A DNA stretch of 63,413 nt, filler included, from Octopus bimaculoides (GCF_001194135.2; 8 parts of 7 records of this genome joined end to end with filler, not necessarily neighbours in it); one strand, 5' to 3'; positions 1 to 11,898 are shown, counted from the first letter of the whole stretch. Program-made: numbers and translations. Notes: generated by a model from the letters alone, not told the origin.

Positions 1-160
1 TCATCACCACCACCGCCACCACCAACTTCATCACCACCACCGCCACCACCAACTTCATCTCCGCCGCCACCACCACCTACGTCATCATCACCACCACCAC
101 CACCACCCTCATCGTCACCACCACCACAACTACCATCATCACCACCTCCACCTCCACACT
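1..160 (+). repeat. Coding poly-proline tandem repeat (SSPPPPPPT, 27-nt unit)
   Basis: In frame with the CEP350 exon; Pro codons vary (CCA/CCG/CCT/CCC) with no frameshift. Confidence 0.7.
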
Positions 161-2307
161 CACTTTCTTTGCCACCTTTGTTGTCGTCAGCACCCACTCC
201 ATTGTCGCATAGTGTTTCGGAAGCAAAACCGAGCGAGACGACTAAATCCAAAGACTTGTCCGAGAGACACGATGATTCCTCGACATTATCTGGACATTAT
301 TACTCAGATGACTTTGAAGTGGACAAAAGCTGGACAAGTCACCCGTCTCACTGTTCTGAATCTGCAGCTGGACATGACGCAAAAAACAATGAAACCACTA
401 CCAGCCTTCGTGATGACAACAGTGATGACAACACTGACGACGACATTAGCGAGCAGATCCCAGTTCACAGTGAAACCAGCAACAGCAGTAGAAGTTATCC
501 CTTGAAATTAAGCTTGGGTAATGAGAACTTCGTTAAGGAGGACGTGTCTGTAAATGGCAACCGTTCTGTGGCTCTTGTTATGTCAGAACATGTGGATATT
601 GAATGTGGGAATGAAACAGAAAGCGAGAGGAATTCTGGGGACAATGTCTATGAACACAAAAAGGTGTGTGCGATGAATGTAGACACTGCTGCAGCACATC
701 TGGCATGGGAGCTCTTTCGGGAAAGGGAAATGGCAGCGGATGCCATTGATGTGTCTGAAAAGTTGCCTGTAGTGGATGACAGCAGTGAATCAGAAAAGAT
801 ACATGAAGCAGGAGGCACCACTTCTGGATCAGAGGAGGCGAGTGAGTCCAAGACGAGCTGGCAGGAGTCAGAGAAGGAAGGTGTATCCGAGACAAGGTTG
901 CAGGAGTCAGAGAAAGAACGTGAGTCCAAGATGAAGTGGCAGGCGGAAGAGAAGGGAGGTGAGTTCGAAACAAGGTGGCAGGCATCAAAGAAGGAAGTTG
1001 TGTCCAAGACAAGTTTGCAGGAGTCTGAGAAAGAAGGTGAGTCGAAGACAAGGTTGCAGGAGTCAGAGTTAGAAAAGGAAAGTGAGCCGAAGATGAGGTT
1101 GCAGGAGTCAGAGAAGGAAGATGTGTCCAAGACAAGTTTGCAGGAGTCTGAGAAAGAAGGTGAATCCAATACAACGTTGCAGGAGTCAGAGAAGGAAGGT
1201 GAGTCAAAGGCAAGGTTGCAGGAGTCAGAGTTAGAAAAGGAATGTGAGCCGAAGATGAGGTTGCAGGAGTCGGAGAAGAAAGACGTGTCCAAGACAAGTT
1301 TGCAGGAGTCTGAGAAAGAAGGTGAGTCGAAGGCAAGGTTGCAAGAATCGGAGAAGGAACTTGAGTCCAAGATGAAGTGGCAGGAACCAGAGAAGGAAGG
1401 TGAGTCGAAGACAAGCTGGCAGGAACAAGAGGAAGAGAGTCAAGTGATCTGTGAGTCGAAGAAGACTGATCAAACTGTCTGTGATTCCGAGAAGGCCGAT
1501 AAAGCTATTTGTGATTCAGCATCCGTACCAGATGAAGAAACTTCTCCTTTAACAGCTTCTCCAAAATCTGTAAATGCAACCCAGACAACAACAACAACAT
1601 CAGTAACAGGTGGAGATGTAGCAGAAATGAAAGAATTACAACGAGCAACAGCAACAGATGTAACGGCGAGAAAAGACGTAATGGCAGAATTACAAGATTC
1701 ACCAGAAACACCCACTGAAAAGAAAGTCTCTCGGAATGAATATGTAGAGAAACTAGTTTGCGATCTTGTTGGTGAGTTTGTGTCTCAGTCCATCACAACT
1801 GTCTGTGAAGTGGTCGCCAACAGGAAGCAGACCATGGCCCAGTCTAAAGGGGCATTAGCAAAGCCTAAGAGGAAGTCCTTGTCATTGGGTAACCAGTCAG
1901 TCGCTGGTAAAGTGTCTCCTCCGGCAACAGCAAAGTCAGCTTGGGAGAAGTCTCCAGAAAGTGGGTTTAACACTCAACAGCAGTATTTTGTTGATGAAAT
2001 GGTGGCTTCTCTGGTGGACAATGCCGTCGGGAACATTGTGGACATTCACAATCGGAAGTTATCCGCTGCGTCCCCTTCTGCGTCGCCAGGTAAAAAAGGG
2101 AAAGTGAGCATTGACTTAGGGAAAGTGACCACGCAAAGAGGGTCCCATTTTGAACAGTCGTCCAGCTTTGAAGAGGATCTTTTCGTGTGGACCCTTTCAC
2201 CTGAATCTGAGTCTTCCGATGACCTCGGAACTGCCGATGTTGAAGATGCAGACAAGATGGAAAACGTATCCAGACCTCATTCTCCTCTACCCAGTCATAT
2301 GAAAAAG
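1..2307 (+). CDS. CEP350: CEP350 large internal exon (5'-partial; begins upstream of the window)
   Basis: Frame 1 is open from base 1 (SSPPPPPPT...) through ORF 169..2349. Phase-0 donor AAG|GTAAAG at 2308. Joins in frame to two downstream exons that end in the CEP350 C-terminus. Low-complexity acidic/Ser-rich linker. Confidence 0.8.
845..1430 (+). repeat. Coding tandem repeat, 13/15-aa units (QESEKEGESKTRL / QESELEKESEPKMRL)
   Basis: About 14 degenerate 39/45-nt units anchored on GCAGGAGTC(A/T)GAGAA. Confidence 0.95.
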
Positions 2308-2494
2308 GTAAAGACCGTTTCTTTTTCTTTTTCTTTTTTTGTGATTTAAAATGAGTCACTGTCTACATGACTCATTCCTCTGTCAGTCTCACTCAATATT
2401 TCTGTCATAAAGTCACCATTTCATCTCTTAATCTCTTGATATTTCATGAATCCCAATGAGACTTTTTTGGTGTTTTTTTTTCCCTCTTTCATAG

Positions 2495-2588
2495 ACTCCA
2501 GACAGCGCGGACACCGATGATTTCTTTGGAGACTTTGATTTGACCCCCTATAAGCCTCCCCCACCATATCCGGGTTCCAAAGAAAATG
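2495..2588 (+). CDS. CEP350: CEP350 penultimate exon (TPDSADTDDFFGDFDLTPYKPPPPYPGSKEN)
   Basis: Polypyrimidine tract plus ATAG acceptor at 2493-2494, G|GTAAGC donor at 2589. Phase 0 in and phase 1 out match both neighbouring exons. Confidence 0.85.
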
Positions 2589-3413
2589 GTAAGCTGTAAA
2601 CTTATGATTCTATTCTTTTGGTTTTCATTGTATAACGGTGATGTAGTTGTTCTTAAACTTTTCCCTGCCCCTTACTCCTAGGGGATGTTTGATTAAATTT
2701 TGCAACCCTTGCAAAAGTAATATCATGAGAAAAACTAATTTTCCACTAATTAGATAATTATTTAAATAACTAATGAATTAAACCACATACGGTAAAAAAA
2801 AATGAAGCTTTTGACTCTGAGCATAAAATGATAAAATGTAGATGTAAATTAATCAAATGGTGTTGGTTTGTTTATATCCCTGTAACTCAACGATTCAACA
2901 AATAAAACCAATAGGATTAGTACCAGACATTAAAAAAAACCCCAAAAAAGTTCTGGGGTAAATTTCTTTTTAAGGTGGTGCTCCAGCATGGCTGTAGTCT
3001 GATGACTGAAACAAGCAAAGAATAGAAAATTAACTGGAAAAAACTGTAAACAATAAAATCAATCATGAAATTCAATAACTTCTTTGATTGATTTTCATTT
3101 ATGACTCTTTTTTGGTGAAAACATTGAGTTTTCTTGCTGATTGCAATCTGCAGGTCGGTCTTTGGATTCTTGGTGGGGAAAGTGCTAAAGCCCCCATGTG
3201 GGTGGTATATAGCAGGCACCCAATACACTTTACAAGGTGGTTGGCATTAGGAAGGGCATCCAGCCATAGAAACCTTACTAAAATGAACAGTTGGAGCTTG
3301 GTGCAGCTCTCCAGCCTTGCCACCCCCTGTCAAACTGTCCAACTCATGGCAGCATGGAAAATGGATGTTAAATATTGTTGATGATGATTATTATTATTGT
3401 TGTTGTTGTTGTT

Positions 3414-3640
3414 AAGGCCACAAACTGGCAGAATAGTTAGCATGCGGTGAAATACTTAGCGCTATTTCATCTGTCTTTACATTCTGAGTTCAAATTCTGC
3501 CAAGGTCAACTTTGCTATTCATCCTTTTAGGGTTGATAAATTAAGTACCAGTCAAGTACTGAGGTCGATGTGATTGATTATCCCCCTCCCCACAAATTCC
3601 AGGCCTTGTGCCTATATTAGAAAGGATTATTATTATTATT
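3414..3640 (+). mobile_element. SINE family A (tRNA head, tail type 1)
   Basis: A-box-like AACTGGCAGAA, B box GAGTTCAAATTC, central CATCCTTTT/CGGGGTCGATAAATTAAGTACCAG; (ATT)n on both flanks. Confidence 0.85.
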
Positions 3641-3698
3641 TGAATTTGAGATAGATTTTCTAGTATTGATCCATGGGTTTTTTTTTTTTTATTTTCAG

Positions 3699-4429
3699 AT
3701 ACAATTGCTAAACCTGAGCTGTTGAAAATAACCAAAGAATATTATGCTGTGCCTCATAAACGTGAAGAAATTCAGCAGTTGGTGTCTGATGCTGTTGAGA
3801 TTCTTTGGGAAAACAAACAGAAGTGTATACAGTTACAAGATATAGCTTTACCAGAGACATTCCTCTCCGTTACAGAAAACCTCTCGACTGACTTTGATGA
3901 GTACAGCTGCCGCTCGTACAAAGCCATGCTTTTTGACTTGACACGAGAAATTGTGAGTGAAATCTATGAAGACAAGTGTGATAAAAGTAACAAACTGCAC
4001 AAAAGCGATCAAGAGGACCAAAGCGAGGGCGTGTTTGCTCAGTTGCTCTTGCAGAACAGCCAACTGAATATCAACAAATACTATCGTACGCATTCTAAGC
4101 CACCGGCATGTCTTGACGAACTGCAGCAGGTCGTGGAGAAGGCCATCAGCAGCCTGCTGCATCTGGATGGTGAGGCGGTCCCCTGTGGCAGCAGCAGCCG
4201 CGGCCACGAGTTTGACAAATGGAAGACGTCGAAGAAGGACCACGTCGACCGCATCTTGGTGCAAGAACTGCAAGACGAAGAACCGCAGTGGGTGAACTAC
4301 GATTCCGACGAGCTGCAGTTGAAGTTGCAACTCACTAACAGTATAATGGACTCCTTGATTGGGAACACTGTCGACACATTTAAACATATTTATAATAAAC
4401 ACTCTCAGTGGCAGCCTGTACAGCTTTAA
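3699..4429 (+). CDS. CEP350: CEP350 terminal exon (conserved C-terminal domain)
   Basis: T-rich TTTTCAG acceptor at 3697-3698, phase 1. Translation ends KKDHVDRILVQELQDEEPQWVNYDSDELQLKLQLTNSIMDSLIGNTVDTF, recognisably matching the vertebrate CEP350 C-terminus (ILVQELHEEEAQWVNYDEDE...). TAA at 4427-4429. Confidence 0.92.
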
Positions 4430-4574
4430 CTTTCTGGATCACATTCGCACTCATGAGTCGCTCAACCGCCCAGTGCAACGACTCGTATGAAATGTGCTTA
4501 TCTAACTGTATATTTCTTCTTTCTGTATTTTACTTCTTATTTTTAATGTGGAGTCACTGTTTGTTGAGAGTAAA

Positions 4575-4597
4575 AATAAAGTATTTTTTACAATAAA
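4575..4597 (+). promoter_or_regulatory. Tandem AATAAA polyadenylation signals of CEP350
   Basis: AATAAA at 4575-4580 and 4592-4597, ~150 nt after the stop codon. Confidence 0.55.
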
Positions 4598-5546
4598 TCT
4601 TTAATTTATATATGTATTTACATCATCATCATCATCATCATCTTCGGTCTGGGAATCGAAACCGTGTTCCTATGACCACGAGTCCGCTGCCCTAACCACT
4701 GGGCCATTGCGCCTCCACACACATTTTTATACCTAGAATAAATACCAAACTTTAGAATATAAGCGCCGTAGTCGATTTAATGAACTGAATCATTCAGAAT
4801 GGTAATCCAGCATGGTCGTAAACAAGTAAAAGCCAAGAGGATATGAAAGCTATTCCCCTTGAAAGGCAGAGTTACCTCCCTTACATTATAGTCCTTCTTT
4901 TCTGTCATGGATTCCGGCAAAATTTTTTTAGTTGCTCTGAAAATAATCAGTTAATTGAAATATAACAGAAATGAGCTTCTGGAGGTGAAACCGACTCAGC
5001 ACTATGGTCACAAGTTTCTTGGAAGGTCAGTCTAGAATTTGTTTGCAAAATGTGTCATTGTGTTTGTCCTTTTGTTTCAGTAAACTATTTTTTTTTTTTT
5101 TCAGTCAACTTTGAGACCGAGCAAAAAATGAAAACGAAATAGTGTAATAGATGTAAAACAACATGTAGTAAACGAATATGAAAAAAAAAAAAATTCGCCC
5201 CGGCAAACGGAGGGGAGAGGAGAGGACCAAGAAAATAACCCGATCCGGTATTTTCCTCTCAAGAAAATGTATATTCTTCCCAACCATACGGCTGTGTGGT
5301 AAGTAGCTTGCTTACCAACCACATGGTTCCGGGTTCAGTCCCACTGCGTAGCACCTTGGGCAAGTGTCNNNNNNNNNNCAAAAATGACACAAAAAAAAAA
5401 GTGTAGTAGGTGTAAAACAACATGTAGTAAACGAATATGAAAAAAAAAAAAATTCGCCCCGGCAAACGGAGGGGAGAGGAGAGGACCAAGAAAATAACCC
5501 GATCCGGTATTTTCCTCTCAAGAAAATGTATATTCTTCCCAACCAT

Positions 5547-5862
5547 ACGGCTGTGTGGTAAGTAGCTTGCTTACCAACCACATGGTTCCGGGTTCAGTCC
5601 CACTGCGTAGCACCTTGGGCAAGTGTCTTCTACTATAGCCTCAGGCCAACCAAAACCTTGTGAGTGGATTTGGTGTGTGTTTGTGTGTGTATTTGTCGCC
5701 CCACCATCACTTGACAACCGATGTCGGTGTGTTTACATCCCCCGTAACTTAGCGGTCCGGCAAAGGGAACCTATAGAATAAGTACTAAGCTTACAAAGAA
5801 TAAGTCCTGCGGTCCATTTGTTCGACTGAAGGCGGTGCTCCAGCATGGCCGCAGTCAAAAGA
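5547..5862 (+). mobile_element. SINE family B (tRNA head, internal microsatellite)
   Basis: GGCTGTGTGGTAAG A box, GGGTTCAGTCCC B box, GCACCTTGGGCAAGTGTCTT core, 3' GGTGCTCCAGCATGGCCGCAGTC. Confidence 0.85.
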
Positions 5863-6661
5863 ATTAAAGGAAAGAATATGGTCAGTAAATCATAAATTCT
5901 AAAGCTATAGAGCAATTGAGTATTTAGAGAATGTTAGTTATGGTCTGTTCATGCCATAAAGCGTTTAGCGTTACACGCATTTCGTCAGACCCAAATGGCC
6001 AGTGACCATTAACCTTTCTTAAAATGGAGAGAGAGAGAAAAGGCCTCCTGGCTAGTTTTCGAACACACGGTCAAACGCAAGGGATTGTCTCCCTTAGACC
6101 ACCCTGTCATCTTACGAGTCCCAGGATTTCATTAGGAATAATGAAGTATAGAAAAGGTTCGAAGGCTTTCGTCTCGGAAGGGAGACGGTAGATGGATGGA
6201 CGGACGGACTTGGTCCCCGTGCTATCCGTCCCCCACAAAACTCATGCTCGCATCATATCACAATACTCAGACAGAACTACTTCACTTCTACTGACCCTGC
6301 TTTCTTTAACATCATACCAAGACACAAACGGTCCCTTGACGAATATCTCCAATGAATTCCAGGTAATCCACCTCCCTCCAGATATATTTCTGCAAATAAT
6401 AACTCTCTACTCGATTTGGCTGAATGTCTTTTCCTCGTGGTGCTATTAAGTTAAACATGGCCTGGGCCAATGCTTGCCGAAACTCATCTGAGTGTGTGTG
6501 TTAGAGGAAATATACACCCGCTAACTCAGAGGCCTACTACGGATCCTTAGCTCCAGCCTCAGTTGTGAACTTGGGACCTAACGGATGACCAATTGTAGCA
6601 CTTACACACCATACCTATTCGTTCAGATCATCAGTGAACTAAGCCCCTCCTATTCTTTAAT

Positions 6662-6692
<31 letters not shown>

Positions 6693-7145
6693 NNNNNNNN
6701 NNNNNNNNNNNNNNNNNNNNNNNNNNNNNNNNNNNNNNNNNNNNNNNNNNNNNNNNNNNNNNNNNNNNNNNNNNNNNNNNNNNNNNNNNNNNNNNNNNNN
6801 NNNNNNNNNNNNNNNNNNNNNNNNNNNNNNNNNNNNNNNNNNNNNNNNNNNNNNNNNNNNNNNNNNNNNNNNNNNNNNNNNNNNNNNNNNNNNNNNNNNN
6901 NNNNNNNNNNNNNNNNNNNNNNNNNNNNNNNNNNNNNNNNNNNNNNNNNNNNNNNNNNNNNNNNNNNNNNNNNNNNNNNNNNNNNNNNNNNNNNNNNNNN
7001 NNNNNNNNNNNNNNNNNNNNNNNNNNNNNNNNNNNNNNNNNNNNNNNNNNNNNNNNNNNNNNNNNNNNNNGCTAGAAGATCACATGTAATTACATGTGAT
7101 CTTCTTCTAGCACATTAACAGTCCACCTAGTGGTCTTCTTTATTT

Positions 7146-7187
<42 letters not shown>

Positions 7188-8399
7188 CAAGGTTGCAAAA
7201 GTAAGAAAAATTTTGGAAGAAAAAAAATGAATAATAAATAGGTGGAAATATTTGGAAGGGAAGCGGGGTAATTCCAGTCTGTAGTTATGTCAAAATATTA
7301 AAGTTGTGTTAAGATCAACTGTTCTAGATTTCTTCGCCAAATTACGTTTTATTCAGTCACAGGTTTTAAAAATGTGCAAATGTTGTTATTCACCGGAAAT
7401 TAGCCGGTGTCAGCTGATTTAGTTCCGTTATAAATAGGTGTCCACTATACCGTCATTACATCAGAAGAGGAGGAAAAGAAACCATTGAAGAAGTTAAATT
7501 AGGGATTATGCAGGCTAAGGCCGCCCTTTCAGATGTGATCAAACGTATAATGTGAAATAAACGGATATTAATTAGTGTGAGGACAAATGGCTTCAACATA
7601 GAGAGACAACTGGCAAAACGAAAGGAAGAAGAAGCCAGTGTAGACGGAGATGGAAGACACTCGGTGGCATTACCGGCTGGTTAAAGAAAGATCACACGTG
7701 TCTGTGGAGTGCTCAGCCACTTGCACGTTAATTTCACGAGCAGGCTGTTCCATTGATCGGATCAACTGGAACCCTCGACGTCGTAAGCGACGGAGTGCCA
7801 ATGACAACAACAAAGAAAGATCGACTCTATAATTTGTTAAGATGTGTGGGAGACAGAAGACGAAAATGTATGATAGCCGAAGCCTGTCCGCATGGTACAC
7901 AATAGAAGAACATTAATCAAACGTAGATAATTTCTACCTTAATTAAACTAACTGTTCTCCTTTTCCGGAGGTAAAGACAGCTATTCCAATTGCTAAGCAA
8001 CTAACAGGAAGTAGTCGTAAACAAACTTGTCATTCAAACCGCGAACTCTCAATAAACAAATTTGACACCAGTAAGTTTTGTTTCCTACTTTGTGTGTACT
8101 TTTAACGTTTTACACTTGTAAGAATTATAATTAATAGCCTGAGATCATAATTATAGTTATTGTTTCTGAAGTTCTCCTAAGTTATTTATTATTATATTTT
8201 CCCACTTCAACGCAGATTAATTCAATATAAACTTTTATATAATACGTAAACAACCGACCTGTTGACTAAAGCAGACGCCCAAACTCCTTCATAACACAAA
8301 TATGAACAAAAGGATTGTTAAACTAATAAAACTTAACGACAAACTACAATATTTTTAAATACTTCATTAACATAAAACTATCCGAGAGAAATACATACG

Positions 8400-8616
8400 A
8401 AAAGAGGCCCGATAGACTCGCTCTTTCCCCTTAGGCTAGAGGCAGAGACCTCGTACAGGACCCCGGCGTTCGCAATTTATTCTATTACACGTCCGTTAAA
8501 ACTACGTCGGCGATGAAGCTCACTACATTCGTAGCTGAACGAAATAAGGCACCCGAATCTCGCAACCAGTCGATGTATTACGCTTTTTCAGCTGTGGTTT
8601 TGAGACGTTGGTGAGT
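8400..8616 (+). promoter_or_regulatory. CpG-enriched promoter / non-coding first exon of the LRR gene
   Basis: Local CpG enrichment and a consensus donor TTG|GTGAGT at 8611. A TGA at 8601 lies in the spliced frame, so the exon is UTR. Acceptor TTTAG at 8741-8742. Confidence 0.5.
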
Positions 8617-8774
8617 GTTGGGGCCACTCACTAAGGTTTTTGACAACGTTAGCGTTCTGGGGGTGGTCAGAATCCTTCCATAACAGTTTGTTTATCAATA
8701 CTTTTTAATTATTTTATTTATTTTAAAAAATTTTCTATTTAGATGACAAATTGAGAAGAAAAAATAATAAACAA

Positions 8775-9503
8775 ATGGAGATTTTAGGAGTGGAAAATTA
8801 TATTCGAAATGCTTATAAGATAAAAGATACCTCATTGAACTTGAGCCATCGTTGTCTAACTGTGATACCATCGAAACTGATTGATTTGAAATGGATTCAT
8901 AAATTAATGCTTAATAATAATAATCTGCTTTTACCCCCAGAAGTCAGTGAATTAGTTGAGTTGGAAGAACTTACATTGGACCATAACATGCTTACTCTTC
9001 TACCGAACGAAATAGAGAAATTACAAAATCTGAAAAGACTCATTTGCTGTCACAACCCACTTGGAACAGTCATGCCAGAAATTGGTTACCTGCATCAGCT
9101 GCAAGAACTTTGGTTGAACGCTTGTCAGCTCATGTTTTTACCGAAGGAAATTGGCAACTTGAAAAACTTGTGTAAATTCAGTGCAAAAATCAATAAGTTG
9201 AATTCCATACCAGATACTATTGGTGGACTTACTAAACTTCATTGGATTAACTTGTCCAGTAATTTAGTCTCAGACCTTCCTGAAAGTTTTGGCAATCTTC
9301 GCTCGCTCAACCATGTCAACTTGAGTTGTAATAAGTTTAAGACGCTTCCACAGTGTTTTCTTAGTTTACCACAAATTATGATGTTGGACTTGAGGGAAAA
9401 TGAAATAGCTGACATCCCTGACGACTTCCTGACAGCGTTTCCTAACTTGAATCGACTTGACTTGAGGGAGAACCTAATTCAGAAAGCACCACAGTCATGG
9501 CAG
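8775..9503 (+). CDS. Leucine-rich repeat protein, coding exon 1 (about 10 LxxLxLxxN repeats)
   Basis: First in-frame ATG at 8775 (MEILGVENY...). Repeats include LEELTLDHNMLTLLP, LQELWLNACQL, LHWINLSSNL and LNRLDLRENL. Donor CAG|GTAAGT at 9504, phase 0. Orthologue not recognised. Confidence 0.9.
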
Positions 9504-9566
9504 GTAAGTCTTGTGTCTCTTCTTGGAGAACATTGGGAGAAATTGCAAGGTTTTAAGAATTTAAAT

Positions 9567-9799
9567 CAGGGTTTCTCAACCAGGGTTTACATCACCTTTG
9601 GGGTTTTATATCTAATTCTGTTGTCAAAATTTATGAGTCCACAATACACAAAATATTCTAACATTTTTTTTTATAAAATTCATAATAATATTTTATTACA
9701 AAAATATAAAAGGGTTTCTATTAAAGGGATATGAGGGTCCAGCTGAGTAAAATAGGGATCAAAAGTGTCCAAAGGTAAAAAAATGGTTGAGAACCCCTG
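9567..9799. mobile_element. hAT-type MITE in the LRR intron
   Basis: TIRs CAGGGTTTCTCAACC / GGTTGAGAACCCCTG with a perfect 8-bp TSD ATTTAAAT (9559-9566, 9800-9807). Confidence 0.9.
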
Positions 9800-10385
9800 A
9801 TTTAAATCTTCTCTGATCAGGTAAGAATACAAAGAGGTATGGCAACGTTCCTCGTGATTTTGTTATGAAGGAAGTTCTGCTGCAAACTAGCAGTAGAATG
9901 AGATGAACAATTGTGAGGATGATGACAGTGATGACAAAGATGAAAAATCATCATCATCATCATTTAATGTCCACTTTTCCCATGCTTGCTTGAGTCAGAT
10001 GGAATTTCATCATCGATTAACGTCCGTTTTCCATGCTGGCAAGGGTTGGACGGTTTGACTGAGGTCTGGAGAACCAGCGGTTGCACCAGGCTCCAGTCTG
10101 GTCTGGCAGAATTTCTACAGCTGGATGCCCTTCCTAACACCAACCACTCCGAGAGTGTAGTGGATGCTTTTTATGTGCCACCAGCAAGATGGGAATCAAA
10201 CGGGTCCATAGACAAAAAATGGTTGAATACCATTGATTTAAAGGGAAGAGTTGTTCTGATAACGAACCAACAACAGTGGTCAGTCATTCATGTTTGAATC
10301 TGTCAGAATGTATTAAGAGTGAAGAGATACATTGTTGCTCTGTGTGTTTGCCATGAATTAATGTTTTAATTACTTTACTAATTAA

Positions 10386-10841
10386 CCCTTTAGCATTCAG
10401 ATTACTCCGTTAGATTATTCATTGATGTTCAGTGGTGTAGCTAGAGTGCGTGCCACCCAGGGTGGTCCTTCAGTTTGCTACCCCCAGGCTCCCACAAAAA
10501 AATACATATTGCTCAGTGGCATTTAACAGTGAGCAGTGTCTGTCTCCTGACATTAAAACCACTATTATTTGATTTCAATACACCATATACAGCCTTATAA
10601 CCTACAACAGACCCCTGTAAAAGTGATGTCCGGGGCAGACTGCCCCACCCTAGCTACACTAGTGTTCATGTCGTTTTGAATTATTCATCTATTGTCTCAT
10701 AGCTTTGCGATTTCAATGACATGATTATTATTTTTAGAATGACATTGTAGGGTAGGCATGAGAAGTCAGATCTAGCTAGCTTGAACATAAAATAGGTAAA
10801 AACATTTTGGCCAGATATGGCCAGTTTAAATGCTGAAAGGT
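10386..10841. mobile_element. piggyBac-type MITE (TTAA target) containing a nested element
   Basis: TTAA|CCCTTTAGCATT...AATGCTGAAAGGT|TTAA; homologous to the copy at 11000-11223. Confidence 0.8.
10430..10664. mobile_element. hAT-like MITE nested in the piggyBac MITE
   Basis: TIRs CAGTGGTGTAGCTAG / CTAGCTACACTAGTG (13/15); imperfect 8-bp TSD TTGATGTT/TTCATGTC; absent from the sister copy. Confidence 0.7.
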
Positions 10842-10999
10842 TTAACTGCTAAGACACTACAATGACCACGTAGGTCAAAAAATGTAAACATAACATGTTA
10901 TATTTTGGTATTTAAATTCCCATATTTTGTTTGGAAATGAAATTATTTCTTTGTGGGCCTCAAAATGGGAGTACCATCATTAAAAAAAATGTTTCTTAA

Positions 11000-11223
11000 C
11001 CCTTTAGCATTCAGATTGCTCTTGTCAAATGTAAAGCTTATTTATTCACAGTGTTTTGAATCAACCATGCATTATCATCTTATAGCTTCAAGATTTCAAT
11101 GATGTGATTGTATATTTTTAAAATGACATTGTAGAGTAGGTGTGAAAGGCTGGATCTGGTCAGTTTGAACATAAAACAGGAAGAATATTTGAGCCAGGTG
11201 TGACTAGTTTAAATGCTAAATGG
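11000..11223. mobile_element. piggyBac-type MITE, second copy
   Basis: TTAA|CCCTTTAGCATTCAGATT...TTTAAATGCTAAATGG. Partial copies at ~18670-18868 and ~23740-23790. Confidence 0.75.
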
Positions 11224-11366
11224 CTAATGATGATGTTCAACAATTTTGTTTTTTTATGATAACATCACTGTTATAATTAATTTGGTAAAAAAATATAACA
11301 TTAAAAAAAATTGTGAAAAACGCCATAAAAATCAGTCTATTCATTTCTATTAATGATTCATTTCAG

Positions 11367-11564
11367 AATGTTGGTTATATCTTAACTGGGAAATGTGAAG
11401 ACGATGTTATTTTGGTTGATCCAAACTACTTCAAAATAAGGAAGCATAAAACACACTGTAGTCAGAGAGAACACAGCTGCTCCAAAACCAACATTTGTGA
11501 AGAGATTACTAATCAGACCGAAAGAAACAAGACCATTTCTACCAGGGACAAAGATGCTGCCTAA
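11367..11564 (+). CDS. LRR protein terminal coding exon (NVGYILTGKCEDD...KDAA*)
   Basis: TTTCAG acceptor at 11365-11366, phase 0 matching the 9504 donor; TAA at 11562-11564. Predicted protein ~308 aa. Confidence 0.75.
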   Translation, partial: NVGYILTGKCEDDVILVDPNYFKIRKHKTHCSQREHSCSKTNICEEITNQTERNKTISTRDKDAA

Positions 11565-11864
11565 ACCAAGGCCATTAAGGATGTGATTACAGAGAATGGG
11601 GGTCATATCTCAGCTGTCAGGGTTAAACAAGACTTTGCCAGAAGCGACTGGGATGTAAATAACAGCAGTGTTAGGCAAAAAGGAAGTATTGTCCAGGTTG
11701 AAGCTACCAATGTAAGGACTATGGAAGACACAAAAGGTTTGACCTCTTTGAGCAATGTTAAAGAAAACTTGGTTGTCCAAGATGAATCAGTCAGAATTGA
11801 AATGGGAGAAAATAAAATGAATTGTATACATATTCTACAAAATTCTGAATATAAACCTCCTTAG
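11565..11864 (+). other. In-frame 99-codon extension beyond the LRR gene stop codon
   Basis: The same frame stays open (TKAIKDVITENGG...SEYKPP*) to TAG at 11862-11864. Confidence 0.6.
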
Positions 11865-11898
11865 ATTTGTTTGAGTAACAAGCATTTTTATTTACCTT

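Noticed and set aside
578-1414. Antisense ORFs of 278 and 240 aa (578-1414, 648-1370)
   Set aside because: Shadows of the stop-poor CEP350 coding repeat.
4645-4717. tRNA-like sequence with A and B boxes
   Set aside because: No complete acceptor stem; it is the head of SINE family D, as are similar motifs in families A and B.
5125-5627. ~215-bp tandem duplication around a 10-N gap (also 18234-18385)
   Set aside because: Identical sequence on both sides of a minimal gap is the signature of unmerged contig or haplotype overlap.
9504-9734. C-terminal part of ORF 8751-9734 (and 2308-2349 of ORF 169-2349)
   Set aside because: Read-through into introns past consensus donors; the 9504-9734 part runs into a MITE.
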